From Eledone cirrhosa (lineage: Eukaryota), in assembly GCA_964016885.1 (NCBI GenBank), contig OZ024742.1, positions 12,586,001-12,650,000 of the forward strand: a stretch of DNA of 64,000 nucleotides, read 5' to 3'. Under the pieces are notes generated by a model. That model did no database searches. It was not told where the DNA came from and saw only the letters and a program-made list of their open reading frames with translations. Below are positions 1 through 14,586 of this stretch, piece after piece; the first letter of the stretch is position 1, and the number at the start of each line of letters is the position of its first letter. The position numbers and the translations under genes were made by a program.

Positions 1-3000
1 TGGTGGGTATGGTGGATATGCTGGGTATGGTGGGTATGGTGGATATGGTGGGTATGGTGGATATGCTGGGTATGGTGGATAAGCTGGGTATGGTGGATAT
101 GTTGGGTATGGTGGGTATGGTGGATACGGTGGGTGTGGTGGGTATGGTGGGTATGGTGTATATGGTGGATATGGTGGGTATGGTGGATATGGTGGGTATG
201 GTGGGTATGGTGGATATGGTGGGTATGGTGGATATGCTGGGTATGGTGGGTATGGTGGATATGGTGGGTATGGTGGATATGCTGGGTATGGTGGATATGC
301 TGGGTATGGTGGATATGGTGGGTATGGTGGGTATGTTGGATACGGTGGGTATGGTGGGTATGGTGGGTATGGTGGATATGGTGGATATGGTGGGTATGGT
401 GGGTTTGGTGGGTATGGTGGGTATGGTGGATATGGTGGGTATGGTGGGCATGGTGGATATGGTGGGTATGGTGGTTATGCTGGGTATGGTGGGTATAGTG
501 GGTATGGTGGGTATGGTGGATACGGTGGGTATGGTGGGTATGGTGGGTATGGTGGATATGGTGGATATGGCGGGTTCGGTGGATACGGTGGGTATGGTGG
601 GTATGGTGGATATGGTAGATATGGTGAGTATGGTGGGTATGGTGGGTATGGTGGATATGGTGGATATGGTGGGTGTGGTGGGTATGGTGGGTATGGTGGG
701 TATGGTGGGTATGGTGGGTATGGTGGATACGGTGGGTATGGTGGGTATGGTGTGTATGGTGGGTTTGGTGGGTATGGTGGGTATGGTGGGTATGGTGGGT
801 ATGGTAGATATGGTGAGTATGGTGGGTATGGTGGGTATGGTGGATATGGTGGATATGGTGGGTGTGGTGGGTATGGTGGGTATGGTGGGTATGGTGGGTA
901 TGGTGGATACGGTGGGTATGGTGGGTATGGTGAGTATGATGGGTATGGTAGATATGGTGGGTATGGTGGGTATGGTGGGTATGGTGGGTATGGTGGGTAT
1001 GGTGGTTATGGTGCGTATGGTGGGTATGGTGGGTATGGTGGGTATGGTGGGTATGGTGGATACGGTGCGTATGGTGGGTATGGTGGGTATGGTGGATATG
1101 CTGGGTATGGTGGATATGGTGGGTATGGTGGGTATGGTGGGTATGGTGGGTATGGTGGGTATGGTGGATATGGTGGGTATGGTGGGTATTGTGGGTATGG
1201 TGGATATAGTGGGTATGGTGGATACGGTGCGTATGGTGGGTATGGTGGGTATGGTGGGTATGGTGGATATGCTGGGTATGGTGGATATGGTGGATATGGT
1301 GGGTATGGTGGGTATGGTGGGTATAGTTGGTATGTTGGGTATGGTGGGTATGGTGGATATGGTGGGTATGGTGTATATGGTGGATACGGTGGGTATGGTG
1401 GATATGGTACATATGATGGGTATGGTGGATATGGTGGGTATGGTGGATACGGTGGGTATGGTGGGTATGGTGGGTATGGTGGATATGGTGGGTATGGTGG
1501 GTCTGGTGGATATGGTGGGTATGGTGGGTATGGTGGATATGGTGGGTATGGTGGGTATGGTGGGTATGGTGGATATGGTGGGTATGGTGGGTATGGTGGG
1601 TATGGTAGGTATGGTGGGTATGGTGGGTATGTTGGATAGGGTGGGTATGGTGGGTATGGTGGGTATGTTGGATGGGGTGGGTATGATGGGTATGGTGTAT
1701 ATGGTGGGTATGGTGGTTATGGTGGGTATGGTGGGTATGGTGGGTATGGTGGGTATGGTAGGTATGGTGGATATGGTGGATATTGTGGGTATGGTGGGTA
1801 TGGTGGGTATGGTGTGTATGGTGGATATAGTGGATATGGTGGGTATGGTGGGTATTGTGGGTATGGTGGATATGGTGGATATGGTGGGTATGGTGGGTAT
1901 GGTGGGTATGGTGGGTATGGTGGATATGGTGGGTATGGTGGTTATGGTGCGTATGGTGGATATGGTGGATATGCTGGGTATGGTGGATATGGTGGGTATT
2001 GTGGGTATGGTAGGTATGGTGGATATGGTGGATATGGTGGGTATGGTGTGTATGGTGTGTATGGTGGGTATGGTGGATATGGTGGGTATGGTGGGTATGG
2101 TGGGTTTGGTGGATATGGTGGGTATGGTGGGTATGGTGGGTATGGTGGATATGGTGGGTATGATGGATTTGGTGGATATGGTGGGTATGGTGGGTATGGT
2201 GGGTATGGTAGATATGCTGGGTATGGTGGGTATGGTGGGTATGGTGGGTATGGTGGGTATGGTGGGTATGGTGGGTATGGTGGGTATGGTGGGTATGGTG
2301 GATATGGTGGGTATGGTGGGTATGGTGGGTATGGTAGGTATGGTGGATATGGTGGATATGGTGGGTATGGTGGGTATGGTGGGTTTGGTGGGTATGGTGG
2401 ATATGGTGGATATGGTGGATATGGTGGGTATGGTGGGTATGGTGGGTATGGTGGGTATGGTGGATATGGTGGGTGTGGTGGGTATGGTGGATATAGTGGG
2501 TATGGTGGGTATGGTGGGTATGGTGGATATGGTGGGTATGGTGGGTATGGTGGGTATGGTGGATATGGTGGGTATGGTGGGTATGGTGGGTATGGTGCGT
2601 ATTATGGGTATAGGGGATATGGTGGATATGGTAGGTATGGTGGGTATGGTGGATATGGTGGGTATAGTTGATATGGTGGGTATGGTGGATATGGTGGGTA
2701 TAGTGGGTATGGTGGATATGGTGGGTATGGTGGATATGGTGGGTTTGGTGGGTATGGTGGGTATGGTGGATATGGTGGGTATGGTGGGTATGGTAGGAAT
2801 GGTGGATATGGTGGATATGGTGGTTATGGTGGATATGGTGTGTATGGTGGATATGGTGGATATGGTGGGAATGGTGGATATGGTGAGTATGGTGGGTATC
2901 GTGGGTATGGTGGGTATGGTAGATATGCTGGGTATGGTGGATATGGTGGGTATTGTGGGTATGGTAGGTATGGTGGATATGGTGGATATGGTGGATATGG

Positions 3001-6000
3001 TGGGTATGGTGGGTATGGTGGATATGGTGGGTATGGTGGATATGGTGGGTATGGTGGGTATGGTGGGTTTGGTGGATATGGTGGGTATGGTGGGTATGGT
3101 GGGTATGGTGGATATGGTGGGTATGGTGGATTTGGTGGATATGGTGGATATGGTGGATATGGTGGATATGGTGGATATGGTGGGTATGGTGGGTATGGTG
3201 GGTTTGGTGGGTATGGTGGGTATGGTGGGTATGGTGGGTATGGTGGGTATGGTGGGTATGGTGGATATGGTGGGTATGGTGGGTATGGTGGGTATGGTGG
3301 GTATGGTGGGTATGGTGGGTATGGTGGGTATGGTGGATATGGTGGATATGATGGGTATGGTGGGTATGGTGGATATGCTGGGTATGGTGGATATGGTGGG
3401 TATGGTGGGTATGGTGGGTATGGTGGATATGGTGGGTATGGTGTGTATGGTGGGTATGGTGGATATGGTGGGTATGGTGGGTTTGGTGGATATGCTGGAT
3501 ATGGTGGATATGGTGGGTATGGTGGGTATGGTGGATATGGTGGATATGGTGGGTATGGTGGATATGGTGGTTATGGTGGGTATGGTGGGTTTGGTGAATG
3601 TGGTGGGTATGGTGGGTATGGTGGGTATGGTGGATATGGTGGGTATGGTGGATTTGGTGGATATGGTGGGTATGGTGGGTATGGTGGGTATGCTAGATAT
3701 GCTGGGTATGGTGGATATGGTGGGTATGGTTGGTATGGTGGGTATGGTGGATATGGTGGGTATGGTGGATATGGTGGGTATGGTGGATATGGTGGGTAAG
3801 GTGGGTATGGTGGGTATGGTAGGTATGGTGGATATGGTGGATATGGTGGATATGCTGGGTATGGTGGATAAGCTGGGTATGGTGGATATGGTGGGCATGG
3901 TGGGTATGGTGGATACGGTGGGTGTGGTGGGTATGGTGGGTATGGTGTATATGGTGGATATGGTGGGTATGGTGGATATGGTGGGTATGGTGGGTATGGT
4001 GGATATGGTGGGTATGGTGGATATGCTGGGTATGGTGGGTATGGTGGATATGGTGGGTATGGTGGATATGCTGGGTATGGTGGATAAGCTGGGTATGGTG
4101 GATATGGTGGGTATGGTGGGTATGGTGGATACGGTGGGTGTGGTGGGTATGGTGGGTATGGTGTATATGGTGGATATGGTGGGTATGGTGGATATGGTGG
4201 GTATGGTGGGTATGGTGGATATGGTGGGTATGGTGGATATGCTGAGTATGGTGGGTATGGTGGATATGGTGGGTATGGTGGATATGCTGGGTATGGTGGA
4301 TATGCTGGGTATGGTGGATATGGTGGGTATGGTGGGTATGTTGGATACGGTGGGTATGGTTGGTATGGTGGGTATGGTGGATATGGTGGATATGGTGGGT
4401 ATGGTGGGTATGGTGGGTATGGTGGGTATGGTGGATATGGTGGGTATGGTGGGCATGGTGGATATGGTGGGTATGGTGGGTATGCTGGGTATGGTGGGTA
4501 TGGTGGGTATGGTGGGTATGGTGGATACGGTGGGTATGGTGGGTATGGTGGGTATGGTGGATATGGTGGATATGGCGGGTTCGGTGGATACGGTGGGTAT
4601 GGTGGGTATGGTGGATATGGTAGATATGGTGAGTATGGTGGGTATGGTGGGTATGGTGGATATGGTGGATATGGTGGGTGTGGTGGGTATGGTGGGTATG
4701 GTGGGTATGGTGGGTATGGTGGGTATGGTGGATACGGTGGGTATGGTGGGTATGGTGGATATGGTGGATATGGCGGGTTCGGTGGATACGGTGGGTATGG
4801 TGGGTATGGTGGATATGGTAGATATGGTGAGTATGGTGGGTATGGTGGGTATGGTGGATATGGTGGATATGGTGGGTGTGGTGGGTATGGTGGGTATGGT
4901 GGGTATGGTGGGTATGGTGGGTATGGTGGATACGGTGGGTATGGTGGGTATGGTGTGTATGGTGGGTTTGGTGGGTATGGTGGGTATGGTGGGTATGGTG
5001 GGTATGGTAGATATGGTGAGTATGGTGGGTATGGTGGGTATGGTGGATATGGTGGATATGGTGGGTGTGGTGGGTATGGTGGGTATGGTGGGTATGGTGG
5101 GTATGGTGGATACGGTGGGTATGGTGGGTATGGTGAGTATGATGGGTATGGTAGATATGGTGGGTATGGTGGGTATGGTGGGTATGGTGGGTATGGTGGG
5201 TATGGTGGTTATGGTGCGTATGGTGGGTATGGTGGGTATGGTGGGTATGGTGGGTATGGTGGATACGGTGCGTATGGTGGGTATGGTGGGTATGGTGGAT
5301 ATGCTGGGTATGGTGGATATGGTGGGTATGGTGGGTATGGTGGGTATGGTGGGTATGGTGGGTATGGTGGATATGGTGGGTATGGTGGGTATTGTGGGTA
5401 TGGTGGATATAGTGGGTATGGTGGATACGGTGCGTATGGTGGGTATGGTGGGTATGGTGGGTATGGTGGATATGCTGGGTATGGTGGATATGGTGGATAT
5501 GGTGGGTATGGTGGGTATGGTGGGTATAGTTGGTATGTTGGGTATGGTGGGTATGGTGGATATGGTGGGTATGGTGTATATGGTGGATACGGTGGGTATG
5601 GTGGATATGGTACATATGATGGGTATGGTGGATATGGTGGGTATGGTGGATACGGTGGGTATGGTGGGTATGGTGGGTATGGTGGATATGGTGGGTATGG
5701 TGGGTCTGGTGGATATGGTGGGTATGGTGGGTATGGTGGATATGGTGGGTATGGTGGGTATGGTGGGTATGGTGGATATGGTGGGTATGGTGGGTATGGT
5801 GGGTATGGTAGGTATGGTGGGTATGGTGGGTATGTTGGATAGGGTGGGTATGGTGGGTATGGTGGGTATGTTGGATGGGGTGGGTATGATGGGTATGGTG
5901 TATATGGTGGGTATGGTGGTTATGGTGGGTATGGTGGGTATGGTGGGTATGGTGGGTATGGTAGGTATGGTGGATATGGTGGATATTGTGGGTATGGTGG

Positions 6001-9000
6001 GTATGGTGGGTATGGTGTGTATGGTGGATATAGTGGATATGGTGGGTATGGTGGGTATTGTGGGTATGGTGGATATGGTGGATATGGTGGGTATGGTGGG
6101 TATGGTGGGTATGGTGGGTATGGTGGATATGGTGGGTATGGTGGTTATGGTGCGTATGGTGGATATGGTGGATATGCTGGGTATGGTGGATATGGTGGGT
6201 ATTGTGGGTATGGTAGGTATGGTGGATATGGTGGATATGGTGGGTATGGTGTGTATGGTGTGTATGGTGGGTATGGTGGATATGGTGGGTATGGTGGGTA
6301 TGGTGGGTTTGGTGGATATGGTGGGTATGGTGGGTATGGTGGGTATGGTGGATATGGTGGGTATGATGGATTTGGTGGATATGGTGGGTATGGTGGGTAT
6401 GGTGGGTATGGTAGATATGCTGGGTATGGTGGGTATGGTGGGTATGGTGGGTATGGTGGGTATGGTGGGTATGGTGGGTATGGTGGGTATGGTGGGTATG
6501 GTGGATATGGTGGGTATGGTGGGTATGGTGGGTATGGTAGGTATGGTGGATATGGTGGATATGGTGGGTATGGTGGGTATGGTGGGTTTGGTGGGTATGG
6601 TGGATATGGTGGATATGGTGGATATGGTGGGTATGGTGGGTATGGTGGGTATGGTGGGTATGGTGGATATGGTGGGTGTGGTGGGTATGGTGGATATAGT
6701 GGGTATGGTGGGTATGGTGGGTATGGTGGATATGGTGGGTATGGTGGGTATGGTGGGTATGGTGGATATGGTGGGTATGGTGGGTATGGTGGGTATGGTG
6801 CGTATTATGGGTATAGGGGATATGGTGGATATGGTAGGTATGGTGGGTATGGTGGATATGGTGGGTATAGTTGATATGGTGGGTATGGTGGATATGGTGG
6901 GTATAGTGGGTATGGTGGATATGGTGGGTATGGTGGATATGGTGGGTTTGGTGGGTATGGTGGGTATGGTGGATATGGTGGGTATGGTGGGTATGGTAGG
7001 AATGGTGGATATGGTGGATATGGTGGGTATGGTGGATATGGTGTGTATGGTGGATATGGTGGATATGGTGGGAATGGTGGATATGGTGGGTATGGTGGGT
7101 ATCGTGGGTATGGTGGGTATGGTAGATATGCTGGGTATGGTGGATATGGTGGGTATTGTGGGTATGGTAGGTATGGTGGATATGGTGGATATGGTGGATA
7201 TGGTGGGTATGGTGGGTATGGTGGATATGGTGGGTATGGTGGATATGGTGGGTATGGTGGGTATGGTGGGTTTGGTGGATATGGTGGGTATGGTGGGTAT
7301 GGTGGGTATGGTGGATATGGTGGGTATGGTGGATTTGGTGGATATGGTGGATATGGTGGATATGGTGGATATGGTGGATATGGTGGGTATGGTGGGTATG
7401 GTGGGTTTGGTGGGTATGGTGGGTATGGTGGGTATGGTGGGTATGGTGGGTATGGTGGGTATGGTGGATATGGTGGGTATGGTGGGTATGGTGGGTATGG
7501 TGGGTATGGTGGGTATGGTGGGTATGGTGGGTATGGTGGATATGGTGGATATGATGGGTATGGTGGGTATGGTGGATATGCTGGGTATGGTGGATATGGT
7601 GGGTATGGTGGGTATGGTGGGTATGGTGGATATGGTGGGTATGGTGTGTATGGTGGGTATGGTGGATATGGTGGGTATGGTGGGTTTGGTGGATATGGTG
7701 GATATGGTGGGTATGGTGGGTATGGTGGATATGGTGGATATGGTGGGTATGGTGGATATGGTGGTTATGGTGGGTATGGTGGGTTTGGTGAATGTGGTGG
7801 GTATGGTGGGTATGGTGGGTATGGTGGATATGGTGGGTATGGTGGATTTGGTGGATATGGTGGGTATGGTGGGTATGGTGGGTATGCTAGATATGCTGGG
7901 TATGGTGGATATGGTGGGTATGGTTGGTATGGTGGGTATGGTGGATATGGTGGGTATGGTGGATATGGTGGGTATGGTGGATATGGTGGGTAAGGTGGGT
8001 ATGGTGGGTATGGTAGGTATGGTGGATATGGTGGATATGGTGGATATGCTGGGTATGGTGGATAAGCTGGGTATGGTGGATATGGTGGGCATGGTGGGTA
8101 TGGTGGATACGGTGGGTGTGGTGGGTATGGTGGGTATGGTGTATATGGTGGATATGGTGGGTATGGTGGATATGGTGGGTATGGTGGGTATGGTGGATAT
8201 GGTGGGTATGGTGGATATGCTGGGTATGGTGGGTATGGTGGATATGGTGGGTATGGTGGATATGCTGGGTATGGTGGATAAGCTGGGTATGGTGGATATG
8301 GTGGGTATGGTGGGTATGGTGGATACGGTGGGTGTGGTGGGTATGGTGGGTATGGTGTATATGGTGGATATGGTGGGTATGGTGGATATGGTGGGTATGG
8401 TGGGTATGGTGGATATGGTGGGTATGGTGGATATGCTGAGTATGGTGGGTATGGTGGATATGGTGGGTATGGTGGATATGCTGGGTATGGTGGATATGCT
8501 GGGTATGGTGGATATGGTGGGTATGGTGGGTATGTTGGATACGGTGGGTATGGTTGGTATGGTGGGTATGGTGGATATGGTGGATATGGTGGGTATGGTG
8601 GGTATGGTGGGTATGGTGGGTATGGTGGATATGGTGGGTATGGTGGGCATGGTGGATATGGTGGGTATGGTGGGTATGCTGGGTATGGTGGGTATGGTGG
8701 GTATGGTGGGTATGGTGGATACGGTGGGTATGGTGGGTATGGTGGGTATGGTGGATATGGTGGATATGGCGGGTTCGGTGGATACGGTGGGTATGGTGGG
8801 TATGGTGGATATGGTAGATATGGTGAGTATGGTGGGTATGGTGGGTATGGTGGATATGGTGGATATGGTGGGTGTGGTGGGTATGGTGGGTATGGTGGGT
8901 ATGGTGGGTATGGTGGGTATGGTGGATACGGTGGGTATGGTGGGTATGGTGAGTATGGTGGGTTTGGTGGGTATGGTGGGTATGGTGGGTATGGTGGGTA

Positions 9001-12000
9001 TGGTAGATATGGTGAGTATGGTGGGTATGGTGGGTATGGTGGATATGGTGGATATGGTGGGTGTGGTGGGTATGGTGGGTATGGTGATATGGTGGGTATG
9101 GTGGATACGGTGGGTATGGTGGGTATGGTGAGTATGATGGGTATGGTAGATATGGTGGGTATGGTGGGTATGGTGGGTATGGTGGGTATGGTGGGTATGG
9201 TGGTTATGGTGCGTATGGTGGGTATGGTGGGTATGGTGGATACGGTGCGTATGGTGGGTATGGTGGGTATGGTGGATATGCTGGGTATGGTGGATATGGT
9301 GGGTATGGTGGGTATGGTGGGTATGGTGGGTATGGTGGATATGGTGGGTATGGTGGGTATTGTGGGTATGGTGGATATAGTGGGTATGGTGGATACGGTG
9401 CGTATGGTGGGTATGGTGGGTATGGTGGGTATGGTGGATATGCTGGGTATGGTGGATATGGTGGATATGGTGGGTATGGTGGGTATGGTGGGTATAGTTG
9501 GTATGTTGGGTATGGTGGGTATGGTGGATATGGTGGGTATGGTGTATATGGTGGATACGGTGGGTATGGTGGATATGGTACATATGATGGGTATGGTGGA
9601 TATGGTGGGTATGGTGGATACGGTGGGTATGGTGGGTATGGTGGGTATGGTGGATATGGTGGGTATGGTGGGTCTGGTGGATATGGTGGGTATGGTGGGT
9701 ATGGTGGATATGGTGGGTATGGTGGGTATGGTGGGTATGGTGGGTATGGTGGGTATGGTGGGTATGGTGGGTATGGTAGGTATGGTGGGTATGGTGGGTA
9801 TGTTGGATAGGGTGGGTATGGTGGGTATGGTGGGTATGTTGGATGGGGTGGGTATGATGGGTATGGTGTATATGGTGGGTATGGTGGTTATGGTGGGTAT
9901 GGTGGGTATGGTGGGTATGGTGGGTATGGTGGATATGGTGGGTATGGTGGATATGGTGGGTATAGTGGATATGGTGGGTATGGTGGATATGGTGGATATG
10001 GTGGGTATGGTGGGTATGGTGGGTATGGTGGATATGGTGGGTATGGTTGATATGGTGGGTATGGTGGATATGGTGGGTATGGTAGATATGGTGGATATGG
10101 TGGATATGGTGGGTATGGTGGATATGGTAGGTATGGTGGGTATGGTGGGTATGCTGGGTATGGTGGGTATGGTGTATATGGTGGATATGGTGGGTATGGT
10201 GGATATGGTAGGTATGGTGGGTATGGTGGGTATGGTGGGTATGGTGGATGTGGTGGATATGATGGGTATGGTGGATATGGTGGGTATGGTGGATATGGTG
10301 GGTATGGTGGGTATGGTGGATATGGTGGATATGGTGGGTATGGTGGGTATGGTGGATATGGTGGGTATGGTGATATGGTGGGTATGGTGGATATGGTGGG
10401 TATGGTAGGTATGGTGGATATGGTGGATATGGTGGGTATGGTGGATATGGTGGATATGGTGGGTATGGTGGATATGGTGGGTTTGGTGGGTATGGTGGGT
10501 ATGGTGGGTATGGTGGGTCTGGTGGATATGGTGGGCATGGTGGGTATGGTGGATATGGTGGGCATGGTGGGTATGGTGGATATGGTGGGTATGGTGGGTA
10601 TGGTGGGTATGGTGGATATGGTGGGTATGGTGGTTATGGTGGGTATGGTGGGTATGGTGGGTATGGTAGGTATGGTGGGTATGGTGGGTATGTTGGATAG
10701 GGTGGGTATGGTGGGTATGGTGGGTATGTTGGATAGGGTGGGTATGGTGGGTATGGTGTATATGGTGGGTATGGTGGTTATGGTGGGTATGGTGGGTATG
10801 GTGAGTATGGTGGGTATGGTGGGTATGGTGGGTATGGTGGGTATGGTGGATATGGTGGGTATGGTGGATATGGTGGGTATGGTGGGTGTGGTGGATATGG
10901 TGGGTATGGTGGGTATGGTGAGTATGGTGGGTATGGTGGGTATGGTGGGTATGGTGGGTGTGGTGGGTATGGTGGATATAGTGGGTATGGTGGGTATGAT
11001 GGGTATGGTGGATATGGTGGATATGGTGGGTATGATGGGTATGGTGGGTATGGTGGATATGGTGGGTATGGTGGGTATGGTGGGTATGGTGCGTATGGTG
11101 GATATGGTGGGTATGGTGGATATGATGGGTATGGTGGATATGGTGGGTATAGTGGATGTGGTGGGTATGGTGGATATGGTGGATATGGTGGATATGGTAG
11201 GTATGGTGGGTATGGTGGGTATGGTGGATGTGGTGGATATGATGGGTATGGTGTATATGGTGGGTATGGTGGATATGGTGGGTATGGTGGGTATGGTGGA
11301 TATGGTGGATATGGTGGGTATGGTGGGTATGGTGGGTATGGTGGGTATGGTTGATATGGTGGGTATGGTGGATATGGTGGGTATGGTAGGTATGGTGGAT
11401 TTGGTGGATATGGTGGGTATGGTGGATATGGTGGATATGGTGGGTATGGTGGATATGGTGGGTTTGGTGGGTATGGTGGGTATGGTGGATATGGTGCGTA
11501 TGGTGGTTTTGGTGGGTATGGTGGGTATGGTGGGTATGGTAGGTATGGTGGATATGGTGGATAAGGTGGGTATGGTGGGTATGGTGGGTATGGTGTGTAT
11601 GGTGGATATGGTGGATATGGTGGGTATGGTGGATATGGTGGGTATGGTGGGTATGGTGGGTATGGTGGGTATGGTGGGTATGGTGGGTATGGTGGGTATG
11701 GTGTGTATGGTGGATATGGTGGATATGGTGGGTATGGTGGATATGGTGGGTATGGTGGGTATGGTGGGTATGGTGGGTATGGTGGGTATGGTAGATATGC
11801 TGGGTATGGTGGATATGGTGGGTATGGTGGGTATGGTAGGTATGGTGGATATGGTGGATATGGTGGATATGGTGGATATGGTGGGTATGGTGGATATGGT
11901 GGGTATGGTGGGTATGGTGGATATGGTGGGTATGGTGGGTATGGTGGATATGGTGGATATGGTGGGTATGGTGGGTATGGTGGGTATGGTGGGTATGGTG

Positions 12001-14110
12001 GGTATGGTGGGTTTGGTGGATATGGTGGGTATGGTGGGTATGGTGGGTATGGTGGATATGGTGGATATGGTGGGTATGGTGGATATGGTGGGTATGGTGG
12101 GTATGGTGGATATGGTGGATATGGTGGATATGGTGGATATGGTGGATATGGTGGGTATGGTGGATATGGTGGGTATGGTGGGTATGGTGGGTATGGTGGG
12201 TATGGTGGGTTTGGTGGATATGCTGGGTATGGTGGGTATGGTGGGTATGGTGGATATGGTGGATATGGTGGGTATGGTGGATATGGTGGGTATGGTGGGT
12301 ATGGTGGGTTTGGTGAATGTGGTGGGTATGGTGGGTATGGTGGGTATGGTGGATATGGTGGGTATGGTGGATTTGGTGGATATGGTGGGTATGGTGGGTA
12401 TGGTGGGTATGCTAGATATGCTGGGTATGGTGGATATGGTGGGTATGGTTGGTATGGTGGGTATGGTGGATATGGTGGGTATGGTGGATATGGTGGGTAT
12501 GGTGGATATGGTGGGTAAGGTGGGTATGGTGGGTATGGTAGGTATGGTGGATATGGTGGATATGGTGGATATGGTGGGTATGGTGGGTATGGTGGGTTTG
12601 GTGGGTATGGTGGGTATGGTGGGTATGGTGGGTATGGTGGATATGGTGGGTATGGTGGATTTGGTGGATATGGTGGGTATGGTGGGTATGGTGGGTATGC
12701 TAGATATGCTGGGTATGGTGGATATGGTGGGTATGGTTGGTATGGTGGGTATGGTGGATATGGTGGGTATGGTGGATATGGTGGGTATGGTGGATATGGT
12801 GGGTAAGGTGGGTATGGTGGGTATGGTAGGTATGGTGGATATGGTGGATATGGTGGGTATGGTGGGTATGGTGGGTTTGGTGGGTATGGTGGGTATGGTG
12901 GGTATGGTGGGTATGGTGGGTATGGTGGGTATGGTGGATATGGTGGATATGGTGGGTATGGTGGATATGGTGGTTATGGTGGGTATGGTGGATATGGTGG
13001 GTATGGTGGATATGCTGGGTATGGTGGATATGCTGGGTATGGTGGATATGGTGGATACGGTGGGTGTGGTGGGTATGGTGGGTATGGTGGATATGGTGGA
13101 TATGGTGGGTATGGTGGATATGGTGGATATAGTGGGTATGGTGGATATGGTGGGTATGGTGGATATGGTGGGTATGGTTGATATGGTGGGTATGGTGGGT
13201 ATGGTGGTTATGGTGGGTATGGTGGGTATGGTGGGTATGGTGGATATGCTGGGTATGGTGGATATGGTGGATACGGTGGGTATGGTGGATATGGTGGGTA
13301 TGGTGGGTATGTTGGATACGGTGGGTATGGTGGGTATGGTGGGTATGGTGGATATGGTGGATATGGTGGGTATGGTGGGTATGGTGGGTATGGTGGGTAT
13401 GGTGGGTATGGTGGGTATGTTGGGCATGGTGGGTATGGTGGGTATGGTGGGTATGGTGGGTATGGTGGGTATGGTGGGTATGGTGGGTATGGTGGGTATG
13501 GTGGATACGGTGGGTTTGGTGGGTATGGTGGGTATGGTGGGTATGGTGGGTATGGTGGATATGGTGGGTATGGTGGGTATGGTGGGTATGGTGGATATGG
13601 TGGGTATGGTGGGTGTGGTGGGTATGGTGGGTATGGTGGGTATGGTGGGTATGTTGGGCATGGTGGATATGCTGGGTATGGTGGATATGGTGGGTATGGT
13701 GGGTATGGTGGATATGGTGGGTATGGTGGGTATGGTGGGTATGCTAGATATGCTGGGTATGGTGGATATGGTGGGTATGGTGGGTATGGTGGGTATGGTG
13801 GGTATGGTGGTTATGGTGGGTATGGTGGGTATGGTGGGTATGGTGGGTATGGTGGATACGGTGGGTTTGGTGGGTATGGTGGATATGGCGGGTTCGGTGG
13901 GTATGGTGGGTATGGTGGATATATGTGGGTATGGTGCGTATGGTGGGTATGTTGGATAGTGTGGGTATGGTGGGTATGGTGGGTATGGTGGGTATGTTGG
14001 ATAGGGTGGGTATGGTGGGTATGGTGGGTATGGTGAGTGTGGTGGATATGGTGGGTATGGTGGGTGTGGTGGGTATGGTGGGTATGGTGGGTGTGGTGGA
14101 TACGGTGTCT
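1..14110. repeat. 9-bp tandem satellite (TATGGTGGG/TATGGTGGA)n, ~1570 monomers, with ~4.2-kb higher-order repeat; continues past the left edge
   Basis: Seen directly. Identical or near-identical ORF translations recur at 752/4955, 1814/6017 and 2840/7043 (offset 4203 = 467x9), and at 3922/8116 and 4360/8554 (offset 4194). Confidence 0.98.
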
Positions 14111-14299
14111 ACGATCCCTGGGGTTACCAGACCATACACACAGGACACATAAATACATATCTACATGCAAATATATATACTTAAATATATGCATACTTAC
14201 ATAAACTTATGCACACACACACGTACATACCCGCACACACATACACACACACGTACATACCCGCACACACGTACATACCCGCACGAACACACACACACA

Positions 14300-14360
<61 letters not shown>

Positions 14361-14519
14361 TAAGGCCAATTACTACAACGGAGCCATGCCACGAACTTAT
14401 GTCCCGCTGGCCTGGAAAACCAACGTTTTCAACCTGGTCTTAATAATTATATTTATATTAAAACTCACTTACGGACTTCAGTAGACGAATTCCTTGGATA
14501 TTTCTACCAAGCTGTTACC

Positions 14520-14586
<67 letters not shown>

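Noticed and set aside
3693-5615. His-rich (HHT)n, (PPY)n and (WWV)n readings
   Set aside because: Alternative frames of the same satellite, interrupted by stops.
3-13959. 3042-aa, 439-aa and 1194-aa (MVG/MVD)n ORFs
   Set aside because: ATG, GTG, GGT and GAT cannot become stops by one substitution, so long ORFs are expected in this satellite; there is no unique domain.
1-14110. Telomeric repeat
   Set aside because: It resembles yeast TG1-3 only superficially; no TTAGGG array is present.
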